Assembly (NCBI GenBank): GCA_024711005.1
Contig: JANJTQ010000182.1
Coordinates: forward strand, 3,294-67,293
Length of the DNA: 64,000 nt
Direction: 5' to 3'
From: Opitutaceae bacterium
GTDB taxonomy: Bacteria > Verrucomicrobiota > Verrucomicrobiia > Opitutales > Opitutaceae
The position numbers and the translations under genes were made by a program. Under the pieces are notes generated by a model that searched no databases, was not told the origin of the DNA, and was given only the letters and a program-made list of their open reading frames with translations. Positions 56,722 to 64,000 of the stretch are shown here, in pieces (the first letter of the stretch is position 1; each line of letters starts with the position of its first letter).

Positions 56722-58101
56722 TCATTTCAGATATGCGTCGAAGCGCGCCGCCACCACGCGCAAAAAGGGCAGACCCGTATCCGTGATCTCAATACCCCTG
56801 TCGGTCCGATGCAAAATATCATCGGCCTCAAACTCGGTCAGCGAATCCAGCTCTTTTGCATACGTGCCTTTGACATCCACCCCGAGTTCGCGCGAAAGCG
56901 CCTCGAAATCCAGCCGGTGCTCGCACATCAGCTTCATGATAAGCGTCCGCCGACGGCGGTCCTCTTCGGTGAGACGCCAGCCGCGAGCCACGGGCAACTC
57001 ACCGCGTGCCAGCGCGTCACGATAAGCGGACAGGCTTGTGTGGTTTTGTCGGTAACCATCCGGGCTGCTGGAAATGGCTGATATTCCAAAGCCATACACC
57101 GATGCGCCCGCTCGCGTGCCGTAGCCTTGGAAATTGCGCTGAAGGCCGCCACTGCGCGCCGCGATTGCCAGTTCATCGCGCGGCCGGGCGTAATGATCCA
57201 TGCCAAGGTTGACGTAACCGGCGGCGAGCAACCGCTCCCTGGCGAGCACTTGCATCCGCATCCGTTCGTCGAGGCCCGGCAGCAGGCCCTGTTCGTCGGA
57301 GACGCGTCCAGGCGACTCGCTTTCGGAAACCGGCGTGTGGCCAAAAACAGAAAGTCGGTCGGGCCCGAGTCCGAGCACGTCGTCCAATGTGCGGGCAAAC
57401 GTTGAAACCGTCTGCTTCGGAAGTCCGTGCACCAGATCGATGTTGATCGAAGTAAAACCGGCGTTACGCAGCAGCGTGACCGCCCGCTCGTTCATCGCCG
57501 GCGGCTGCACCCGCTGAATGGCCATCTGCACCGCGGGATCCGTATCTTGAATACCGATGGACGCACGTCGCGCACCGATCTCGCACAGGGCGTCGACCTG
57601 CCCGACCTCAAGATAACGAGGATCGATTTCGACGGCGATCTCCGCATCCGCATCGAACTTGAATGCCGCATGCAGAATCCGGCCAAGCCGTCGCAGTTGG
57701 GCCGCGGACAGAAAGGTGGGCAGGGCACCGCCAAGATGGAGTTGGGTAACGGTGCGTGCCGCATCCATGAGGCGCCCGGTCAGCGCGATCTCACGCGCCA
57801 GGTCATCTAGGTACCCTTCGGCCGCGCCTTGATCCGTGGTGATGATATGAGCGCAATCGCAAAACCAGCAGTAGCTCCGGCAAAACGGCAGATGGACGTA
57901 GAGTGATAACGGCCCCGCCCCCGGGCGGTTGTCCTGCGTGACCAAGCTCGCGGGTCGCAACGCGGCCAGGTTGTCGATGAAGTGATCGGCCGTCGGATAG
58001 GACGTATAACGGGGAACGGGCCCCGCGTATTTTCTGAGCAAGGCAAGGCCTCCGGACGCAGACGGAACGTACAACGGAGAGGGAAGACGCGAAGGGGCCA
58101 T
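56722..58101 (-). CDS. hemN: HemN-like radical SAM protein (oxygen-independent coproporphyrinogen III oxidase family) with divergent motifs
   Basis: PRYTSYPT, YVHLPFCRSYCWFC, EIDPR, GMDHYA, RNFQGY. Confidence 0.78.
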   Translation of the reverse strand: MAPSRLPSPLYVPSASGGLALLRKYAGPVPRYTSYPTADHFIDNLAALRPASLVTQDNRPGAGPLSLYVHLPFCRSYCWFCDCAHIITTDQGAAEGYLDDLAREIALTGRLMDAARTVTQLHLGGALPTFLSAAQLRRLGRILHAAFKFDADAEIAVEIDPRYLEVGQVDALCEIGARRASIGIQDTDPAVQMAIQRVQPPAMNERAVTLLRNAGFTSINIDLVHGLPKQTVSTFARTLDDVLGLGPDRLSVFGHTPVSESESPGRVSDEQGLLPGLDERMRMQVLARERLLAAGYVNLGMDHYARPRDELAIAARSGGLQRNFQGYGTRAGASVYGFGISAISSSPDGYRQNHTSLSAYRDALARGELPVARGWRLTEEDRRRRTLIMKLMCEHRLDFEALSRELGVDVKGTYAKELDSLTEFEADDILHRTDRGIEITDTGLPFLRVVAARFDAYLK

Positions 58102-58255
58102 GGTCGAAAAAGGGGACCACAGCGTACCAGAAACCCGGAAAATCGGCTCCGCAGGGGTTGCCGAGGGCTCATCGGTTTTTGCCCGCTCTTTGCGCGAACA
58201 CTCAACTCAGGCGCACGCCGGACAACGACTTCGACCTTCCGCCAACGTCGTCAGG

Positions 58256-58294
58256 CATAAAAAACAAAAATCGCCCGCCTTTTAAAAGCGGGCG
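58256..58294 (-). terminator. Intrinsic terminator after the PEP-CTERM gene
   Basis: Minus strand cgcccgctttt-aa-aaggcgggcg followed by atttttgtttttt. Confidence 0.85.
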
Positions 58295-58328
58295 TCGAGG
58301 GATGTCAGCGAAACATCCGATCGTTCAC

Positions 58329-59294
58329 TCAGGCGCGTGAGCGACGGCGGCGAACCACCATCGCGCCGACGAGACCCAAACCACCGGCGATCATCGCGTA
58401 GGTGGAGGGCTCGGGGATGGCGGCGGTGATTACGCTGCCGAGGTCCGTTCCATAACGGAGCTCATCGATGAGACCGGTGAATTGGAATCCGTTCTGAGCA
58501 GGGGCGTTTGCGGCGAGAGAGAGATACTTGTCTGAATCGAAGGTATACGTGCCGCTGCCAACCGTGTCGGACACGACACGCAGTGCGTAGGCATTCAAAT
58601 TGGCTTCGAGACCGAGACCCGTCGTGAACCAATTATTGTAGCCGGCCTCGGTGAATACCCATGTGGTCGCAACACCCGACCCGGACGTCAGATCGGCCCC
58701 GACATTCGTGTACCGGGACAGTACCAGATAGTTGGTGCTGGTCGCGAACGCGGTGTTGGGAGAAGCAACGCCCGCGGTGTCGTAGGCGGCGACGACTTTG
58801 CGGTCGCTCGCGAGCGTATTGCTCGCGACACGATTCAAAAACTGCGTGGCTCGCGCCGTCCCAGAGGTTCCGACGCCTTGCTCCAAGTATCCTCCATTCG
58901 CGAGACTCATGGTGGTGTAGTTCGCCAGATAACTGCTCCACAGCGTGCCGGTTGCAGCCGTGTTTAATTTAACCGACGCAACCGTCAGGGCAGTGCCTCC
59001 GCTGTAAGTGGACGAGAGCAACAAGGCGCCACCCGAGCTGGTCGCGAAATTATCGCCGAAGCTTAAGCCCGCGGATTGGTATACGGCGGAGGCCGCTCCG
59101 GTGTTCGTCACCGCCCAAGCGCCGGTGGTTCCTGTCGCGGTGCTCGTCGCGCCGCTGATGCTGGCACCGTTCGTGACGCTGTAATTGAATCCTTCGTAAA
59201 CAAGCAGCTCAGCGTTTAGTGAGGCTTGGGATAACACAAAGGCGGCAGCAAAGACCGCCGGACAGACAAGTTTTGAGGAGTAGGGTGTCTTCAC
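58329..59294 (-). CDS. PEP-CTERM sorted surface protein
   Basis: Signal peptide; C-terminal IPEPSTYAMIAGGLGLVGAMVVRRRR. Confidence 0.93.
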   Translation of the reverse strand: MKTPYSSKLVCPAVFAAAFVLSQASLNAELLVYEGFNYSVTNGASISGATSTATGTTGAWAVTNTGAASAVYQSAGLSFGDNFATSSGGALLLSSTYSGGTALTVASVKLNTAATGTLWSSYLANYTTMSLANGGYLEQGVGTSGTARATQFLNRVASNTLASDRKVVAAYDTAGVASPNTAFATSTNYLVLSRYTNVGADLTSGSGVATTWVFTEAGYNNWFTTGLGLEANLNAYALRVVSDTVGSGTYTFDSDKYLSLAANAPAQNGFQFTGLIDELRYGTDLGSVITAAIPEPSTYAMIAGGLGLVGAMVVRRRRSRA

Positions 59295-59623
59295 GATTCC
59301 ATTCTCCCCCGATGATTAGCCATGCCAAGCCCGCCGTCGCCGTTTGTAGCTAAACTGTTTATCCAAAATCGAGTCGTTCAACTCGAACGAGTTCGACGAA
59401 TGAACGTAGTTAAAAGCTCATCATAAATTCGTTATGAAATTTAACCAAAAGCTTCGTGCGCCATCCCCATTCCAAATCCCGGGGACTCGATAGGGAATGA
59501 ACCTCACGTGCTCACACACGTCGATCGATCTCGCATCGTCGATCCGACGCTTCGCCATCGCTCCTTTAGCAAGGCCACCGCAGCGGGTTGCCCTGCCGCG
59601 GTGGCCGAATTCCGGTCTTCCGT

Positions 59624-61453
59624 TTACAGTCGGCAGATCAACAGCTCGCGCTCGTAGATCATCTCCTTCGGCAGATGTGCGTGCAGGTCGATGAAGAGCT
59701 CCTCGTGCCCGATGACCTCCGTTCGCCAGGCGGCGCGATCGACACGTTGCAGCTCCGTGAATCGTTCGCGGGTGAAGTCGCTGCCCGTCCAGTCGATCTC
59801 GTCATAGCGCGGTTGCCAGCCGATGGGCGTCTCCTTGGCGAGCGCACGACCGCGGGCACGGTCCACGATCCACTTGAGGATGCGCATATTTTCGCTGAAG
59901 CCGGGCCAGAGGAACTTCCCGTCGGCATCCTTGCGAAACCAATTCACGCTAAAGATGCGCGGGGTCTCGCTCAGCGATCGCTGCATCGAGATCCAATGGC
60001 GGAAATAATCCCCCATGTGGTAGCCGCAGAACGGCAGCATCGCGAACGGATCGCGGCGCACCTTGCCGATCGTGCCGGCCGCCGCCGCCGTCATTTCGGA
60101 ACCCATCGTGGCACCGACGTAAACCCCGGCGCTCCAGTTGAACGCCTGATAGACCAGCGGCACCGTGCTCGCACGACGTCCGCCGAAAATGATCGCGCTG
60201 ATGGGGACGCCTTCGGACGCCTCCCACGCCGGGTCGATCGTCGGGCACTGTCTGGCGGGCGCGGTGAACCGCGAATTCGGATGGGCGGCCTTCGCGCCCG
60301 TTTCCTTGGCAATGGCCGGCGTCCATTTTTTGCCCCGCCAGTCGATGAGCTTCGCGGGCGGAGTGTCAGTCATGCCCTCCCACCATACACCGCCGTCCGG
60401 CGTGAGTCCGACATTGGTGAAGATCGTGTTCTTCGACAGGGCCGCCATCGCGTTGGGATTGGTTTTCACCGAAGTGCCCGGAGCGACGCCGAAGAAGCCG
60501 GCCTCGGGATTGATCGCATGAAGACGCCCGTTCGCGTCCGGTTTGATCCACGCGATGTCGTCGCCCACGGTCCAGATTTTCCAGCCTTTCTCCTGGAGCG
60601 ACGGGGGCGGAATGAGCATGGCGAAGTTGGTCTTGCCGCACGCGCTCGGGAAGGCGGCGGCGACGTAGGTCTTCTCCCCCTTCGGGTCCTCCACGCCGAG
60701 AATGAGCATGTGCTCGGCCATCCAGCCTTCGTCTCGCGCCATGTTGGAGGCGATGCGCAGGGCGAAACATTTTTTGCCGAGCAACGCATTGCCACCGTAG
60801 CCCGAACCGTAGGACCAGATCTCGCGCGACTCGGGAAAGTGCACGATGTACTTTTCGGAATTGCAGGGCCACGGCACGTCGGACTGCCCCTTGGCCAGCG
60901 GCGCGCCGACGGAATGCATGCAGGGCACGACACGCTTTTCGTTTTTGTCGATTTCCTTGAAGACCGGCAGGCCGATGCGGGCCATGATGCGCATGTTCAC
61001 GACCACATAGGGCGAATCGGTCAACTCCACGCCGAGTTGCGAAAGCGGCGATCCCACGGGGCCCATGCTGAAGGGCAACACGTACATCGTGCGGCCCGCC
61101 ATGCAGCCCTTGAAGAGGGCCTTCAGCTTTTTGCGCATCTGAAACGGATCGACCCAGTTGTTGGTCGGGCCCGCGTTGTTTTTGGAGAGCGAACAGATGA
61201 AGGTGCGGTCCTCGACACGAGCGACGTCGTCGGGATTGGAACGCGCAAGATAACAACCCGGCCAAAGTTTCTCGTTCAGCCGCGTGAAGGTGCCCGCGTC
61301 CACCATCTGCTCGCACAGCGCGTCGTATTCTTCCTGCGATCCGTCCACCCAGTGAATCGCCGCCGGCTTGGTGAGTTCCGCCATTTTGGCGACCCACTTG
61401 AGCAGGTTCGGATTTTTAGTGAGTGGCCGGGCGGGGTTACGCGCTTTCATCAA
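59624..61453 (-). CDS. pckG: GTP-dependent phosphoenolpyruvate carboxykinase
   Basis: [60 protein letters not shown]. Confidence 0.97.
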   Translation of the reverse strand: MMKARNPARPLTKNPNLLKWVAKMAELTKPAAIHWVDGSQEEYDALCEQMVDAGTFTRLNEKLWPGCYLARSNPDDVARVEDRTFICSLSKNNAGPTNNWVDPFQMRKKLKALFKGCMAGRTMYVLPFSMGPVGSPLSQLGVELTDSPYVVVNMRIMARIGLPVFKEIDKNEKRVVPCMHSVGAPLAKGQSDVPWPCNSEKYIVHFPESREIWSYGSGYGGNALLGKKCFALRIASNMARDEGWMAEHMLILGVEDPKGEKTYVAAAFPSACGKTNFAMLIPPPSLQEKGWKIWTVGDDIAWIKPDANGRLHAINPEAGFFGVAPGTSVKTNPNAMAALSKNTIFTNVGLTPDGGVWWEGMTDTPPAKLIDWRGKKWTPAIAKETGAKAAHPNSRFTAPARQCPTIDPAWEASEGVPISAIIFGGRRASTVPLVYQAFNWSAGVYVGATMGSEMTAAAAGTIGKVRRDPFAMLPFCGYHMGDYFRHWISMQRSLSETPRIFSVNWFRKDADGKFLWPGFSENMRILKWIVDRARGRALAKETPIGWQPRYDEIDWTGSDFTRERFTELQRVDRAAWRTEVIGHEELFIDLHAHLPKEMIYERELLICRL

Positions 61454-61549
61454 CCCGGAAAGCTGGTTGCGATTCTCCCGTCAGTAAACTGCAAATCAGG
61501 CTCGGCTCGAAGCATAGGGTTATTCCCGTCGGCTCGAACGGAATCCCGC

Positions 61550-62476
61550 CTACTTGCCTCGCGCCGGCTCGATGTGCACCGACACATCCGTAATGCGCAA
61601 CGGCGAGTGCAGCAGCGCATCCTTCACCGCATGGGCGATCTCGTGGCCCTGATACACCGACAACCGCGGGTTCACCTCCACGTGAATATCCACGAGATGG
61701 CTCAAGCCGCTTTTGCGTACACGACACTTCTCCAGTCCGCACACTCCGGCCACGTTGCTCGCGACGGCGCGCACCTCGTTCTCGAACGCAAGCGGCACCG
61801 CCGTATCCATGACGTCTTGAAGCGCACGGTTTAAAATCGCCATGCCGTTGAAAACAATCACTCCGCACGCCAGCAACGCCGCCCAGTCGTCGGCCGCCTC
61901 GTAGCCCTTCCCGCAAATGACCGCGATCAGAATGCCGATGAACGCCGCCGCGGAGGTAAGCGCATCCGAATAATGGTGCCAGGCCTCCGCGCCGAGTCCC
62001 GTGCTGCCTTCGGCCTCGCCGGCCCGCGCCATCCGACGCGAAAACCACCACTTCACCGCCACGATGCCCGCCAGCAACGGCAGCGTCGCCCAATGCGGCG
62101 CCCGATGCGGCGTGACGATCTCGCGCACCGCATGCACGCCGATCCACACCGCCGCCCCAAGAACGACCAAACCCACCGCCATCGCCGCCAGTGGCTCGGC
62201 CTTGCCGTGACCATACGGGTGATCGTCGTCGGGCGGACGCGCCGCCACGCGAAACCCCGCCCACACCAACGCCGAGGAAAATACGTCGAGCAACGACTCG
62301 ATCCCGTCCGCGATCAACGCATACGTTCCGCCAAGAAACCCGCCGGCAAACTTCACGATCGCCAGCGTCAGGTTGAGCACGATCCCACGCAGCACCAACC
62401 CGGCGCTCGTCTCGGCGCGACGCTGGGTCTCGGTATGGGCGGTCGCTCCGGGCTTCTTCATCACAACGGCGCGCAT
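61550..62476 (-). CDS. Cation diffusion facilitator (FieF/MneP-like) transporter
   Basis: 'ALIADGIES', 'DDHPYGHGKAE', 'WHHYSDA', 'DVSVHIEP'. Confidence 0.9.
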   Translation of the reverse strand: MRAVVMKKPGATAHTETQRRAETSAGLVLRGIVLNLTLAIVKFAGGFLGGTYALIADGIESLLDVFSSALVWAGFRVAARPPDDDHPYGHGKAEPLAAMAVGLVVLGAAVWIGVHAVREIVTPHRAPHWATLPLLAGIVAVKWWFSRRMARAGEAEGSTGLGAEAWHHYSDALTSAAAFIGILIAVICGKGYEAADDWAALLACGVIVFNGMAILNRALQDVMDTAVPLAFENEVRAVASNVAGVCGLEKCRVRKSGLSHLVDIHVEVNPRLSVYQGHEIAHAVKDALLHSPLRITDVSVHIEPARGK

Positions 62477-62507
62477 GTCAGGTAACGCATCCGCCCGAAG
62501 CAAGTTG

Positions 62508-62523
62508 TTTAGCCGCGCCTAAA
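62508..62523. promoter_or_regulatory. Palindromic operator candidate TTTAG-N6-CTAAA upstream of the CDF gene
   Basis: tttagccgcgcctaaa, about 32 nt upstream of ATG 62476. Confidence 0.4.
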
Positions 62524-62744
62524 ATAGTTAGGGATTCGGAAGGAACTAAAATATCAAAGCTGCGCCGGGATTGGAGCGCCAGCCAAGGAGCCGACCAGGG
62601 AGTTTACCAAAAGGTAAATGACCGAAGACGGCGACGCCGGATCGCGCTCGAAGACCAAGCAGAATGGGCATTTAGTTTCGTCCGGGTCCCCACCCTCGCC
62701 AGATCAAGGTTGCCGCCCCGTGCCGTCGGAGAATCGTCGTAAAC

Positions 62745-63476
62745 GTGCCCGCCCGCATCCTCATCATCGAAGACGAACCATCCATTGCCGATACGCTGCT
62801 CTATGCGCTGGCGACGGAGGGTTTCTCGCCTCACTGGTGCGCCACCGGCCAGGCGGGAATCGCCGCGTTGCAGTCCCAGGCGTTCGACTTCGTCATCCTC
62901 GATATCGGACTCCCCGACGGCAGCGGTTTTGAATTCTGCAAACAGATCCGCGCCCGCTCGACGGTGCCGATTCTTTTTCTGACCGCCCGCAACGGTGAGA
63001 TCGATCGCGTCGTCGGGCTGGAGATCGGCGGGGACGACTACCTCGCCAAACCCTTCAGCCCGCGTGAACTCACCGCCCGCGTAAAGGCGATCCTGCGCCG
63101 CGTATCACCCACGCCCGCGCTCGATCAACAAGCCACCTCGCAGTCGCCCGCCTCGTCTTCCGGCGCATCTTCCGCCGCGCACCTCCCGTGGTTCTCGATC
63201 GACGAGGCGCGTTGTCTCATCCGTTTTCGCGGCCTCGCGCTCGAACTCACCCGTATCGAGTTCCGCCTGTGCAAGACCTTGATTTCCCATCCCGGACGCG
63301 TCTTCAGTCGCGAACAATTGCTGGACGCCGCCTGGGACGAACCGGAAGCGAGCATGGATCGCACCGTCGACGCCCACATCAAAACACTACGGGCCAAACT
63401 CCACGCCATCGATCCCGCCGCCGATCCGATCAAAACACACCGCGGCCTCGGCTACTCTTCACGCGAACTCCCGTGA
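62745..63476 (+). CDS. creB: OmpR-family response regulator (CreB-like)
   Basis: LDIGLPD, DDYLAKPFSPREL, 'DRTVDAHIKTLRAKL', THRGLGY. Confidence 0.8.
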   Translation: MPARILIIEDEPSIADTLLYALATEGFSPHWCATGQAGIAALQSQAFDFVILDIGLPDGSGFEFCKQIRARSTVPILFLTARNGEIDRVVGLEIGGDDYLAKPFSPRELTARVKAILRRVSPTPALDQQATSQSPASSSGASSAAHLPWFSIDEARCLIRFRGLALELTRIEFRLCKTLISHPGRVFSREQLLDAAWDEPEASMDRTVDAHIKTLRAKLHAIDPAADPIKTHRGLGYSSRELP

Positions 63477-64000
63477 CGATCCGCACCCGCATCCTGCTCG
63501 TCTACCTGCTGTTGATCGGCGGGAGCTACGTCTACTTGGTTTCGTGGATTCTCGAGGGCATCCGACCGCGCTACCTCGAATCGATGGAGGAGTCGTTGGT
63601 GGACACCGCCTCCTTGCTCGCCTCCGTCGTGGAAACACATTCCGCCGGCGGCACACCCGATACCGCCCGCCTTCGCGAGGCGGTCAACGCCGCTCATCGC
63701 CGCGAGTTGAATGCGCTCATCTACGGCATGCACAAGACCGCGATCGACCTGCGCGTTTATGTCACCGATGCGCACGGCATTGTGCTCTACGACTCCAATG
63801 GCGGCCTCGATGAGGGCGCGGACTATTCCCGCTGGCGCGATGTGCGCCTCACCCTCTCCGGAGCTTACGGCGCGCGCGCCACTCGCACCGATCCCGATGA
63901 CGAGTACTCCCTGGGCATCTACATCGCCGCTCCCATCCGTTCCGGTGACACGATCATCGGCGTGCTCTCCGTGGGAAAACCCACGCGCAACATCAACGAA
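63473..64000 (+). CDS. creC: CreC-like sensor histidine kinase, N-terminal part (runs off the window)
   Basis: GTGA overlap with the regulator stop; TIRTRILLVYLLL...'RPRYLESMEESLVDTASLLA', 'DYSRWRDVRLTL.GAYGARATR', 'GVLSVGKP'. Confidence 0.85.
   Translation, partial: MTIRTRILLVYLLLIGGSYVYLVSWILEGIRPRYLESMEESLVDTASLLASVVETHSAGGTPDTARLREAVNAAHRRELNALIYGMHKTAIDLRVYVTDAHGIVLYDSNGGLDEGADYSRWRDVRLTLSGAYGARATRTDPDDEYSLGIYIAAPIRSGDTIIGVLSVGKPTRNINE

Noticed and set aside
1-64000. tRNA/rRNA genes, prophage, integrase or IS transposase
   Set aside because: None recognisable; the AT-richer patches have no flanking direct repeats or mobility genes that I could identify.

Overview
GC-rich bacterial chromosomal segment, most consistent with Verrucomicrobiota (Opitutaceae-like) on the basis of a PEP-CTERM protein, the repeat families and the C-terminal domain of the giant protease (inference, no database search run). 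It begins inside a giant secreted S8 protease (>2800 aa). It then runs through mostly housekeeping genes: nadB, panC, dapL, an MCE/Mla-type operon, recD2, an M16 peptidase pair with panB and split coaC/coaB, feoA-feoA-feoB, queC/queE, rnd, oleC/oleD-like genes, a hemN-like gene, a CDF transporter and creBC-like genes. It carries both a PPi-type and a GTP-type PEP carboxykinase. I saw no rRNA, tRNA, CRISPR array, integrase or transposase. The most notable unexplained structures are four. (1) A Trp-codon leader peptide plus terminator, i.e. a ribosome-mediated attenuator, in front of an uncharacterised SAM methyltransferase rather than a trp gene. (2) A dispersed AT-rich palindrome, TTGTCACTTAWTAAGTGACAA, in 5 copies; one supplies a gene's stop codon and one sits in-frame inside the OleD-like enzyme as a ~30-aa insert. 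(3) Three further intergenic repeat families. (4) Accessory AT-richer patches with orphan secreted proteins, including a trypsin-like/SHD1/papain-like fusion.
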